Shown: positions 11,291 through 24,620 of the stretch, one piece after another | Layout: each line of letters opens with the position of its first letter | How positions within the stretch are numbered: the stretch's first letter is position 1 | Assembly: GCF_006345805.1 (NCBI RefSeq) | Contig: NC_042998.1 | Location: 115,506,001-115,570,000, forward strand | Source of the DNA: Octopus sinensis | Taxonomy: Eukaryota | DNA: 64,000 bases | Direction of reading: 5' to 3' | The notes under the pieces: model-generated | Seen by the model: only the letters and a program-made list of their open reading frames with translations | The model's database searches: none | What the model was told of the DNA's origin: nothing | Translations under genes and position numbers: made by a program

Positions 11291-12139
11291 GTCATCACCT
11301 TCATCATCGTCATTATCGGCTTTGTCGTCTTCGTCGATATAAGCATTTTCATTATTGTCCTTAAAACCGACATCATCATCATCATCGTTGTCGTCGTTGT
11401 TGTTGTCGTCCTCCTCTTCCTCATCATCATCATTATCATTATCATCATCGTCATCACCGTCGTCATCGTCATCATTATTGTCACCATCATCATCATCAGC
11501 AGCATGAACATCACCGTCGTCTCATCGTTGTCACAATCGTCGTCGTTGTTACAATCTTCGTCGTCGTCGACATCACCATCATCATCGTCTTCATCATCGA
11601 ATGTCATGTGGAAAAAAATTGATTCTACACTCTCAAAACACGGACTACCTTCAAAAAGGAGGTTACACTTGACACCGTAGTTCTTAGTATACAATTAAAT
11701 AGGGAACTGAGTGATTACGACTGGAATTATTTAATTATGATCGGTAATGCACTAAAGTTCAGCCTCGGCGTTTGATTTTCATTCGTTTTTTCAGTACCAT
11801 CTGATACATAATGTCCTATATAATATTTCACATTATTTTCGTCCATTGCAAGATATCCATCACAGAGCAGACATCTGATTCGTTCACAAGGGCTTACTTT
11901 CATTGACTTTGTCATAGGTCTTATAGTCATTGAAATTGTTATACATTGCTCTTATTCAGCACTTCAGGCTATTCACGGAGCAGCAAAATCAAAATATACT
12001 ATCTGACGTTTCTGTACATATTCTTCTCACTGCTAGTCACATATAGTTTCAATGATACGCATTGTTTAGTACCGGAAACAGTGGATTTGTCATTACTGTG
12101 TATAAATTGTTGTGTGTATAAAGCTTAATAAGATATAAG

Positions 12140-12340
12140 TAATATCAGTTGCACGCAGGCAAAATGCTTAGTGGCATTTCATCCATCTTCACTTTCTCTG
12201 TTCAAATGCTGTTAAGGTCGACTTTGCCTTTCATCTTTCCGATATCGATAAAATAAATGCCAGTTGAGTACTGAGGTCGATGTAATCGATTTGTCCCTTC
12301 CCTCGAAATTGCTGGCCTAGTGCCAACTTTCGAAACAAAT
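12140..12340 (+). mobile_element. Family A SINE whose tail runs into (AAT)n
   Basis: GAAATGCTTAGTGGCATTTC...GTTCAAATGC...GGTCGACTTTGCCTTTCATC. Confidence 0.75.
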
Positions 12341-12379
12341 AGTAATAATAACAATAATAATGATAATAATAATAATAAT

Positions 12380-12422
<43 letters not shown>

Positions 12423-12511
12423 TAATAATAATAATATAATAATAATAATAAAACTAAATTAAAACAATAATAATAATAACAACAACAACAACAACAATAA
12501 TAATAATAATT

Positions 12512-13063
12512 TGCCCTGATGCAGTACCAGACAGTGGCTCTCATGGCTTCTGATCTTAACTGATTGGAAGTGTTATCATGTACATTGTTTTGTCTTGGTA
12601 TAAAAGATGAGCTACAGCAAATATTTTGCTCAATACCACAGATTTGCTTGTCAGTTGTTTGACCGTAACCAGTTGACCATATCCTTTGGTGGCTGACGAT
12701 ATGTGCATCTCTGACCATGAGCAGAAGTAGTGGAGGAGCATCATAGCCATATATTGAAAGGAATTCATGGAGATTTGGATAATTCGCCTTTGGAAACATG
12801 GGTGGTTCGTTCAATAGCCTTAAACAATCCTTATTCAGGGACCTTTAGAGCGGGATGGGTTACTCGACTAGAAAATTCTAACTGGGCCCCACCTGCAAGG
12901 TCATGTGCTGTTTATCTTGATATGAGATCACCATGTCACGCACATTTGGTTGTGATGCATGTGTCTGGTGTACCCTTATCAGACGGGTAGTCATGATGGG
13001 TATACTGGGCTTCGTATATTTTACCCCAGTGTCACTTTGATGACGTGCACTGCTCTCTCACTC
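12512..13063. mobile_element. Unclassified 552-bp non-coding element, copy 1, flanked by (AAT)n
   Basis: Starts TGCCCTGATGCAGTACC, ends GCTCTCTCACTC; same ends as copy 2. Confidence 0.8.
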
Positions 13064-13070
13064 AATAGTG

Positions 13071-13130
<60 letters not shown>

Positions 13131-13152
13131 TAATAATAATAATAATAATAAA

Positions 13153-13707
13153 TGCCCTGATGCAGTACCAGGCAGTGGCTCTCATGGCTTCTGATCTTAA
13201 CTGATTGGAAGTGTTATCATGTACATTGTTTTGTCTTGGTATAAAAGATGGGCTACAGCAAATATTCTGCTCAGTACCACAGATATATGTGTCAGTTATT
13301 TGACCTTAACCAGTTGAGCATGTCCCTTCGTGGCTGACAATATGTGCATCTCTGATCACGAGCAGAAGTAGTGGGGGAGCATCATAGCCATGTGTTGAGA
13401 GGGATTCTTTGGGGTTTGAATAGTTCACCTCTGGAAACATGGGTGGTTCTTTCAACATCCTTAAACAACCCTTATTCAGGGACCGTTTGAGCGGGATGGG
13501 CTACTCAACCTGAAGAAAATTCTAACTGGGCCCCACCTGCAAGGTCATGTGCTGTTTATGTTGATATAAGATCACCATGTCGCGCACATATGGTTGTGAT
13601 GCATGTGCCTGGTGTACCTTTATCAGACGGGTAGTCATGATGGGTATATTGGGCTTCGTATATTTTACCCCAGTGTCACTTTGATGGCATGAACTGCTCT
13701 CTCACTC
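13153..13707. mobile_element. Unclassified 555-bp non-coding element, copy 2, flanked by (AAT)n
   Basis: Collinear with copy 1 but with many substitutions; identical termini. Confidence 0.8.
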
Positions 13708-13759
<52 letters not shown>

Positions 13760-13760
13760 G

Positions 13761-13935
13761 TTTCAAATTTTGGCACAAGGTGAGCTGTTTCGGAGGAGGG
13801 GTAAGTCGATTACATCGATGCCTGTATTCAACTGGTACTTATTTTATCAGCACTGAAATGATGAAAGGCAAAGTTGAACTGAGAACGTAAAGACAGACGA
13901 AATGCCGCTAAGCTTTTTTTCCGCCGTGCTAACGA
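13761..13935 (-). mobile_element. Family A SINE, tail abutting (AAT)n
   Basis: TTTCAAATTTTGGCACAAGG...GAAATGCCGCTAAG...ACGATTCTGCCAGC. Confidence 0.75.
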
Positions 13936-14775
13936 TTCTGCCAGCTTTGCCTATATTAAGGATAATAGTAGAGATAATTGTTGATGTATTTTGCGAGGTT
14001 CAACTTACTTATAAAAACATTCGCACTTATAATTATGAGGATGATAATGATGATCATGATGATCATGACGGTGATCATGATGTTGTTGATGAAGAGCGAT
14101 TGAGCGAATGAGCATATATGGTATCAGCTAGTGATGTTATGGTCATTGTTCAATCCCAGGTCTGCCTTAATCAAGTAGACCTAAAACTAAAGTCGTTCCA
14201 AGCCTGACTACGCAGTCTTTATATCAGGATCGACAAACTAATATCCCTTTTATTTAAGAGAGAGAGAGGGGGAGAAAGAAAGAGGAAGATAGAGGGAGAA
14301 AAAAAAAGATAGAAGGAGAAAGAGAGAAAGAGAGAGAAAAAGAGAGAGCGGGAGAGAGAAAAAGAGAGAGAGAAAAGAGGGAGAGAGAGGGAGAGAGAGG
14401 GAGAGAGAGAGGGAGGAGGAGGAGGTAGCGATGGAGGAATGGACTGCTATACCCGAGTCGTAGTTTACATGATGACCCCTAAGGCATGAAACGCAAAGAT
14501 GACCACAGAAAGATTAGGACCTAGAACGCAGACAACCGGAATGATTACTCTAAGCTATTCTGTCCGACGCTATAACGCTTTTATAGACTTTTATAGTATC
14601 TCAGATGAAATGAATTTTAAAGAGGCGTGAATCCTTTTTCGTTATGTGATAATTTCATATCATTGTGACAGCCTAATGCTTCTGAAAATGATATCGGTTA
14701 CATTTAGTTCCGGATCATCAGGACTGATTCGAAACTCTTCTGGTTCAATGTGTTCCATTCAATCTGTTTTGCATA

Positions 14776-15579
14776 TCTCTCTATATATAAACGGCAGTTT
14801 GTCTGTCTGTGTGTTTGTGTGTCTGTCAGGTTGTACCCTCACCCTGACCACGGCTTTCAACCGATTGTGATGAAACTTGACACACACGTAGCCCAATGTC
14901 ATAATTCAAAACTAACGCAGCGAAAATTTTGAAAAGTTCCCCCAGTTCTGAAAAAAATCGATAAATTCGACATGGGTCGAGAATCTAAGCTTTTTATATG
15001 CAACACATTTTCTACAGACTGTCTAGGGGACGCATCTCGACCATTTTAACTCTCGGAACACGTGGGGTAAGTATCCCAAAATGTATAAAAATGTACAAAA
15101 AAGGCAAAAAAGCGGGCAGCAATGTGAGTGACAACAACGGAAAAGTCAAAAGTGACCAAACTGAACAAACGAATGGAAAAGGTTTTTTGATGCACACGAC
15201 AAAAGCGGTTTATAATAAACCAAGAGTTTGCAAGTAGCGTCCGAGGACCCTTAGGGTACGTCAAAAATTTAAGGTAAAACGTTTGGGGTGGTAGTTATAA
15301 AGAAATTTTTTTAAAAATTTATCCGAATAACTTGCGGCTGCAGCGGCTATTAGCAGAAGTGGCGGTGTTGGGGGTAAAGTCTCGAATGTAATTTCTTCCT
15401 GGTAGGAATTGTTTGGGTTGAATTATCGATAGCTGTTTGATAGTTATTTGGGAGTGGAGAGAAGACATTGCAACCTACACATGCGCCTTCGTTCCCTAGA
15501 GGGAAAGGACTAGATTGGGATTAGTCGTTGCCTACTAGGGGCTCTTACATACCCGGGCAACGCTGGGCTATGCTGCTAG
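14776..15579 (+). mobile_element. Full-length non-autonomous Helitron (804 bp)
   Basis: 5' TC after A14775, TCTCTCTATATATAAACGG followed by GTCT/GTGT repeats; 3' hairpin CCCGG-GCAACG-CTGGG (15552-15567), then CTAG (15576-15579) before T; A|T site, no TSD. Confidence 0.8.
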
Positions 15580-16011
15580 TCATTGATATAATTCAATGTA
15601 TTCTTTTGACTTGAAAAAATAAAATTGTATCAGGTAAAGATTTGAAGTAATTCCAGAGTTTTATAAAGATCTTTCTTAATCCTAGAGATGTTTGGAATGC
15701 GATCAGTATGTGTATGAATTCTATCAATGTTTGTAGAAATATTACTAATGTGTTTGTTAAGGTTTATGTGAGTGTTGATAATTTTTGTAGCAAAATATTT
15801 TTGTACATTCAGGATTCGCACCGATTTATATGATGATAGCATATGATTTTATGGAGAATAAGCATCTATTTCGAGCAGATTGACCGACTACTTGCAGGCT
15901 CCCTTGCTGAGGAGTTATTGATTTTGTCTTTTTAGATTTTGTTGGAAACTGTGTAAAGTCGGAAGATATGCAGCTAAGCAATTTTTCTGACGCGATAACG
16001 CTTCTTATTTT

Positions 16012-16412
16012 TTTATTACCCACAAGGGGCTAAACATAGAGGGAACAAACAAGGACAGACAAAGGGATTAAGCCGATTACATCGACCCCAGTGCCTTACT
16101 GGTACTTAATTTATCGACCCTGAAAGGATGATAGGCAAAGTCGGAATTTGAACTCAGAACGTAAGGGCAGACGAAATACCTATTTCTTTATTACCCACAT
16201 GGGGCTAAACATAGAGGGGACAAACAAGGACAGACATAGGTATTAAGTCGATTACATCGACCCCAGTGCGTGACTGGTACTTAATTTATCGACCCCGAAA
16301 GGATGAAAGGCAAAGTCGACCTCGGCGGAATTTGAACACAGAACGTAGCGACAGACGAAATACCGCTAAGCATTTCGCCCGGCGCGCTGACGATTCTGCC
16401 AGTTCGTTGCCT
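16012..16412 (-). mobile_element. Family A SINE dimer (full unit plus headless unit)
   Basis: Two collinear units joined at GAAATACCTATTTC (16173-16186). Confidence 0.9.
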
Positions 16413-16635
16413 TTATGTTAGTGGTAATATTGATGTTACCTATGACAGTGTTGATAATTTTTATGAAATCGAAGGGTACTACAATCGAACAGTCTCTCTA
16501 AGAACGCTGCTTTAGTACTATCTGTTTAACAGGGCGGAGATGTGCTTCCTATAGGGATCTTACTTGATTCGTTGAATCGCAGCAACACTGGACATAGAAT
16601 TTATTTCTCCTCTCTCTCCCTCACTCTCTCTCTCT

Positions 16636-16686
<51 letters not shown>

Positions 16687-16733
16687 TATATATACAGCAA
16701 TATATACATATTTGTACATCCACACATATACGC

Positions 16734-16765
<32 letters not shown>

Positions 16766-16769
16766 GCAG

Positions 16770-16809
<40 letters not shown>

Positions 16810-17331
16810 GAGAGAGGGAGAGAAAGAAATTTTTTAGATATCAGCAACATTGTGACCACTAGCTGTAAACGAACGTATCCATCAGCTTATCGAGTTATCT
16901 TGAGAAGCTGCAGTTTTTTTGTCATACCAAGGATTAAGCTGCAAGTGACGAGGGTAAGATCACATCATGCATGTTCGGCATTACAACACTTGAATAATAA
17001 CACGAATTCTATTTACACACTGAGTGGCGAGGATTAAACGACCTGTCGCTTAGGGAGATATTTTGAAGGAGTGTGGTTGTGTGCAGCTGGGGTTTAATGT
17101 GTGTGAATGGATCAAGCCTGAAGTTCAAACATTGGGTTGTGTAAAGAATTCATTAATTTCAGAAGAATAACGGCGGAGATGAAGAACTTTACTCACCGTT
17201 TTAGAAAAAGAGCATTTTGTATGGCAAAATTATATTTTTACATTTTCTATCTTTTAGTTTGAATATTTTCCCTATCCATTTTATTTTATATTCCACTCCT
17301 CAAAGCGTCTATAATTTTCATGACAAAGACA

Positions 17332-17394
<63 letters not shown>

Positions 17395-17654
17395 TATTAT
17401 TATTATTATTTAGGGTGTTGTAGTTGTTATTGCTGTTGGTATTGTTATTGCTGTTATTATGTTTGCTGTGTTCTTGCAGTTTGCATTGATTCGTGGCAAT
17501 GGTTTTGGAAACTTGAATCGGCACAAAATTGTACAGAATTCCAATGTTGAATGCCGAATACCAATGAATATCAATTGTATCTAATTTAAGTTTGGCAGAA
17601 GAAATCAAAAGAGAGCAAGAAATGAAAAACGAAAAAAAGGAAAGAAAACATAAG

Positions 17655-17760
17655 GAAGAAGAAGAAGAAGAAGAAGAAGAAGAAGAAGAAGAAGAAGAAG
17701 AAGAAGAAGAAGAAGAAGAAGAAGAAGAAGAAGAAGAAGAAGAAGAAGAAGAAGAAGAAG
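17655..17760 (+). repeat. Pure (GAA)35 tract
   Basis: Directly visible. Confidence 0.97.
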
Positions 17761-17831
17761 ACTGAGGTTAGTGATGAATGTGAAAGAGTGAGATTGTATG
17801 AGATCGAAAGTAACGTGACAGTATGAGAAGG

Positions 17832-17907
<76 letters not shown>

Positions 17908-17999
17908 TGTGTGTGTATATATTTATACATACAACATACACGCACACACACGTTCATATACGTGTGTGTGTGTGTGTGCATGTATATGATATTGTATAC

Positions 18000-18400
18000 T
18001 TCTGCATCTGTTGATGAGTTCCAAACTCTGACCAACACTCAGCGGTTTATACGATGCCGCATTCTCTGGGTTTCTTATTTATTTTATTTCTTTTTTACTT
18101 GGTGGGTATTACGACCTTCTGTGCTGCCACCCACTACGATGTTAAAACCATACCCTGACATATTTCCCTCAGCTCAGCCCAGCCTGGATCCTTTGAATGC
18201 TCCACCTCCCGCTGCAACACCTATCTCTTCATCCAGCCCATCGTCACCATATACAAACCTTATCTTTCCTTTGCCATCAAGGCCAGTTTATCTGTAGAAC
18301 AAGACATTATTTTTGGTATAAAATGCTTATTGTGAGTCTTATTGAACAACGGGAAAACTGGTGGACGATTAGTAGATCATTTTAGTGACATTTATTGTCC
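18000..18400 (+). pseudogene. Decayed Penelope-like element, GIY-YIG endonuclease region
   Basis: 18270-18395 reads FAIKASLSVEQDIIFGIKCLL*VLLNNGKTGGRLVDHFSDIY, matching the PLE pattern FTIKxSFTCxxxNIIYxIxCxxCxxxYIGETGRRLxDRFxEH. Confidence 0.65.
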
Positions 18401-19571
18401 GTATACACATTTATTATGTGGATATGGACAATAGCTGCAGGTTTACTATAATCTATCTGAAAAAGTATCTGTCTAGTCAGTGGAAAGGGTTGGCATAGGT
18501 GCTCACATTGTATGGTTTCTCTAATAAAAGCTTTGTGACTTGTACAAACAACTCAAATAGAATATGCAGACAAGAATCCATCAAGTGGACGTTGAATTCT
18601 TCAACCCCATTGTGAAAAATGTTTAGTGACCGGAGTAGTGAACTAATCAGACAGACTTTAACGGGATGGCCATCTACCACCTGTTTTGTTGAAAATTATC
18701 AAAGTAGAATCTATTAAAGCGTATCGAAGAATCAATTATAAAATAGTATATTAGACAAGAAACTAATAACCAGATTATAAAAGACTCTTTTAAAAAACAT
18801 CGTAGTAGACGTTCTACCAGCAAAATGGCTCTCAGTCAATTCTTTCGAGTGAAAGAGGAAAGCGCCATCAAAGCTATGGTGCGTGCTCTTAGATGTAGAG
18901 GTAAGGACACTGTTTTATGGTCTCCGTTAACAGAGACAAAATATGGTGACAATTGTGCCATTATATCTTTGGCGAACTACGATGGATGTATGCTATTAGA
19001 CTCAGGGAATATGCATGCAGCTTTCCTGCGGTATTCTGTCTATTTGCATAAAGGTAGTAGTGGAGGCGATACTTTTCTGAACGACCTCAACAGTCTGTCG
19101 TGGTTGCAACAGAAAATATGGAATGTTGCAAGAAACCGATAACAGGTGTCGACGTGCGATCGCCAGTGACTGTTTGTGCAAGGAGCAAGTCATCTTGTTT
19201 CGATAGCGTTTCATATGTTTTGTGGTTACATACCAATCTTGTTCACCACTATTGGTTTATGTCCATTACAACATAAAATAACTGACTGAAAGGATTTTCA
19301 GCCGTGTTAACTGAGGTATATTAACGCTGCTGATGAAATGTGCAGAGACAAAAAAAATTAACTTTTAAATCACATTATAACAATATATATTAGTTTCAAT
19401 TTTTCGTTCACCAAATATTTTTGTTGTCCTACGCAAGATATTTCATAAATTATTAGTTATAGATGACCCTACACTCTGTAGTGGTGGAAAATATCTTTCT
19501 GTGTCTGCGTGGTCTTTTCTTAACACATTCATTATTGTTCACGCTCACTAAATTTTCTTTTTAGAACATTA

Positions 19572-19772
19572 TTTTCTACTCTAGGCAGAAGGCCCGAAAT
19601 TTTGAGGGAGGGGGCCAGTCGATTAGATCGACCCCAGTACGCAACTAGTACTTAATTTATTGACCCCGAAAGGCAAATTCGACCTCGGTGGAATTTGAAC
19701 TCAGAACGTAAAGACAGGAGATACAACGCTAAACATTTCGCCCGGCGTGCTAACGTTTCTGCCACCTCGCCA
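19572..19772 (-). mobile_element. Family A SINE, tail type 2
   Basis: CTACTCTAGGCAGAAGGCCCG...AACGTTTCTGCCACCTCGCC. Confidence 0.88.
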
Positions 19773-20685
19773 CTTTTTTTCTTTTTAGAATATTATAACT
19801 GAATGAATCCTCCGTCGTTCTCCACAATGAGCATTCAGTTATTTGAACATTTGAATCACTACACGGGAAATTAATGTTATTCGCGGTATGTATCTGTCAT
19901 GATGTGACTTCAAAGGACTTTTTAAAAAATCTTTTTATCGCAAAGACTTTTCTGTTAGCCACTAGAATATCGATGATGTTGCTGAGTTTGTTGATATTTT
20001 TATTGTCTTTATTCTTGCTTACGTAAGAGTGAAACCTGATCCGGCACATATCTGTGCAAATGCATTCCATCTTCTACTATCTCTTATTTTAGGGTTATGT
20101 AGGACTTTAGTATACATTTTGCTTGTTTATGCTACTTGCAAAGGATTTTATGGAAACTGATTAGTGTTACCTGTAAGTTGGGCAGTAGTGTAAAGTATTT
20201 CTTCACAAATTCTGAGTCTGTTGATCACTTAGAAATCCATAGGCATGTATTCTTAACGTAATTCTCAGGACGAATCAGTGGAATATAACAAAGCTGGACC
20301 TTTGAATTGCAAGTACAATCCAAAGAGAAGAAAATTAGAGAGAATATGTAAAACGGAGAAGAATCCTCTCCAGTTCTGGGATGGAAGTTTATTTATGATG
20401 AAAGACAAAGTGGAGGCTTGAATAGAATGAGTTTAGAGAACACTATGCTGAACGAATACCATATTGCCCTGTGTCCGACGTTCTAATGACGTACAAATTT
20501 GCCAAATTTCATACCTACTAAAAAGAATGTGATAATAGTTATGAGAATTTGTGAAACAGTTACACTACATTACTGCATCAACGTACAGGAAATTGTAGTC
20601 AAATATACAGAAAATAATTTCAACATCATAAGGGAACAAGATATTTAATATATTTCTACAAGCTTACTTCCTAACTACAAGGTTC

Positions 20686-20732
<47 letters not shown>

Positions 20733-20769
20733 TATATATATATATATGTATGTATGTATGTATGCGTTT

Positions 20770-20885
20770 GTTGTTTGTGTCTGTGTTTGTCCCCCCTCCA
20801 CCATCGCTTGACAAAAAGAAACCAATAGAATAAGTACTATGCTTACAAAGAATGAGTCATGACTGAAACATGTAAAAGAGTAAAA
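20770..20885 (+). mobile_element. C/D SINE tail fragment
   Basis: GTGTTTGTCCCCCTCCACCATCGCTTGACA...GAATAAGTACT...GACTGAAAC. Confidence 0.7.
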
Positions 20886-21079
20886 GAGTATAACCCCAAA
20901 ATAAGAGAGAGTCACAGATAAAAATCACTTGGATAGATGTGTGCCGGGTCGGCTTTACCTTAGGATAAGCAAGAACTAAATCAATAACAAAATCAACCAC
21001 AAACTGAACAACAACCACTGTATTATACAGGTTAATAAAGAAAATCTCTGCCATTAAAATGACAAAATCACACACCATA

Positions 21080-21669
21080 CTTATGTATGTATGTATGTAT
21101 GTATGTATGTATGTATGTATGTATGTATGTATGTATGTATGTATGTATGTATGTATGTATCTATGTATGTATGTATGTATGTATGTATGTTGTACGTTTG
21201 TATACATGTGTGTATGTATATATGTATGTATGTATGCATGTATGCATGCATGTATGTATGTATGTATGTATGTATGTATGTACGTATGTATGGGTCCATG
21301 TTCAGTTTTATTACAAGGTTTCTTGCCAATAGAAAAAGAGCCGGTTTCTAACCTAGATCCGACGCTCCTCCATTGGAATTTCGACATCAACAACAGAGTA
21401 TGTATATATGCTCGTATGTATGTATGTATGTATGTATGTATGTATGTATGTATGTATGTATGTATGTATGTATGTATATATGTATGTATGTATGAATGCA
21501 TGTATGTTTGTATGTATGTATGTATGTATGTATGTATGTATGTATGTATGTATGTATGTGTCATTATTCACTTTTATTTCAAGATTTCTTGCTAATAGAG
21601 AAATAGCGGTTTCTAACCTAGATCTAAGGGTCCTTCATTGGAATTTCAGCATCTATAACAGGGTATGTA

Positions 21670-21705
<36 letters not shown>

Positions 21706-21900
21706 TGTATGTATGTATGTATGTATGTATGCATGTATGTATGTAGCGTGTATGTATGTATGTATGTATGTATGTATGTATGTATGTATGTATGTATGTA
21801 TGTATGTATGTATGAATGTATGCACGTATGAATGCATGTATGTATGTATATATGTATGTATGTATATATGTATGTGTACGTGCAGATTTGTATGTTTTGC
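21080..21900. repeat. (TATG)n array with two diverged ~110-bp inserts (about 21290 and 21560)
   Basis: Shared CGGTTTCTAACCTAGATC...CATTGGAATTTC. Confidence 0.85.
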
Positions 21901-22259
21901 TTTATGTATATCTTCTCACGCATGTGCTTGCATATCTAGACATGCTCATGTATACTTAAACAATAAACTTCTGGCAGGTTTTACAGATTCTTAAAGTTCC
22001 AATGATGTCTTGAATCAGTTGTCTTCATGTATATATGTATGTCGTACATGTAAATACATACATATAAGTGTGTTTGTATGAGTGTGTGCAAACATTCATG
22101 CATGCATACATGCATATGGTGAATAAATGCGTTTATAAACCTGCACATATGCAGCTGAAATATATATACACATTAATAAATCAGGTAACAGTCAGGTTAC
22201 CATCTACATGGTTAAATAAACACGCTGTTTCACTCCTCACTTTCTCTCTCTCACCCACT

Positions 22260-22394
22260 TTCTCTCTCTCTCTCTCTCTCTCTCACACTCTCTCTCTTTA
22301 TATATATATATATATATATAAGTATTATATCTACATGTCGATCTATATGCATGTATATATATGTATGCAGATATGTCGACACACATGAATGAAA

Positions 22395-22453
<59 letters not shown>

Positions 22454-22492
22454 CATATATAATAGATATACATATATATATATAATATATAG

Positions 22493-22563
<71 letters not shown>

Positions 22564-22735
22564 TATATATAAATATATGTATATATAAGTATGCATACAT
22601 TCTCATAACGAAACACAAATACATTTCAAGCATACACACATGCAAATAAATGCGCGCATGTGCACACATTCGTTGCCGCATACGCGCGCTTACACACACA
22701 CACACTCACACACATACACAACACACCACACACAC

Positions 22736-22776
<41 letters not shown>

Positions 22777-23321
22777 GCACATTGGCAACTCATGATGATG
22801 CGAAAGAAAACGTCAGTGACAGAGCTAAACTAAGTAGCATGACATTTAGAAAATAGAAGCGAAGTGTATATAAATAATAGCATAAGTAAGGAGAAAACTT
22901 CAATTAGCGTTTGGAAAACAATTCCTAGTTTTGATTTGTTGTTAGAATTCAATTCCAGTCGATTGATGCATGAGTAAAAGACAATAGGTATAAATCGTGC
23001 AAAGTTGTTTTGCTTTCTTTCCTTGATACTTCTAAACATTCTCACAAACAATTTGTCAATGGTTGATAAGAAAGGACGCCAAAAAAATGACGTATAAATT
23101 CGTCATGACCTAAACGCTAGTTAGTTTCGTGTTTCTAGAATGCACCTGCTGGGCAATTTTTGTGAATTCTTCATAGAATTAATAGTTGATTTTGCTTAAG
23201 AGTTTTCGAAATTAGAAGAGGAGGTGAGAAAGAAAAATATGAAGATATATAAATTGCAGAAATCAGTCACTCTCCTCATCTCTCTCTTTCTTTCTCTCTC
23301 TCCCTCTCTCTTTCTCTTTCT

Positions 23322-23364
<43 letters not shown>

Positions 23365-23420
23365 CTTCAAATTCTATATCTAGCTCTGTTTCGTTCAGTG
23401 TGTGCGTATATATATGTATT

Positions 23421-23484
<64 letters not shown>

Positions 23485-24248
23485 GTGTGTGTATATATAG
23501 TGTATATATATATATATATACACACATATATATATATATATATACATATATATATTCGCATATACATATATATACACGCACACATATATACACCAGCATA
23601 TATGAATACACACCCATATATATGCACGTACATTTATATATGTATGTATATGTAACACAAATATATGTATGAATACATATAACATATATGCATATGTATA
23701 TGTATATATATATGTATATCTTTATGTTAGCTCATATACTTTTATGTGCTTTTGTTTATATATATATTTATACATACATATATTTGTGTGTGTACATATA
23801 CTTAAATACATATATTTAAGCATGCATATATGCATGTAAAAATATTCACACGGAGTGCGTGCGCACGTACACATATGTACACCTTTACATGTATTCACTT
23901 TTAATTTTAAAACACTTAAAAACAAGAAAAAATTTCAATATATACACACGACTTTGTTGTATTGATAACGTTTTCCCCGTTTGTAAACACAAGCGTTCAT
24001 CATTCCGTATATGTGAGCGCGTGTTTATAAACGACATACATACATACGTACATACATACATACATACATACATACATACATACATACATGCATACATAAA
24101 TACACACACATGCAGACATACATATATATGTATATATACATATGTGAGTATATATATAAACATATATACATAATTTAATACATGCAAGCGTGCATACTTG
24201 CATGCATATATATATGTGTAGGCATGCATATGAAAATATATATATATG

Positions 24249-24279
<31 letters not shown>

Positions 24280-24302
24280 GTATATGTATATATAATATAT
24301 AT

Positions 24303-24335
<33 letters not shown>

Positions 24336-24353
24336 GTATAATGTATGTATGTG

Positions 24354-24401
<48 letters not shown>

Positions 24402-24459
24402 TACACATATATATTTACATACATACATAAATACATATTTTATATATATGTATGTGTGT

Positions 24460-24492
<33 letters not shown>

Positions 24493-24507
24493 TATATATA
24501 TAATATA

Positions 24508-24566
<59 letters not shown>

Positions 24567-24620
24567 AGCATACATTCATGCATGTATACTTGCATGCAGA
24601 CATATATATATGGATGCATA
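22260..24620. repeat. (TA)n-dominated microsatellite blocks with (CT)n, (CA)n and (TACA)n
   Basis: Directly visible. Confidence 0.93.

Noticed and set aside
11148-11342. Polyproline ORF as a host CDS
   Set aside because: Entirely minisatellite plus triplet repeats; no convincing splice sites
12512-12530. CTGATGC as a hammerhead core in the 555-bp element
   Set aside because: A9 is missing and no stem II-GAAA follows
16932-16953. 22-nt exon candidate (AG|GATTAAGCTGCAAGTGACGAGG|GTAAGA)
   Set aside because: Phase incompatible with the 18821 candidate; such sites arise by chance
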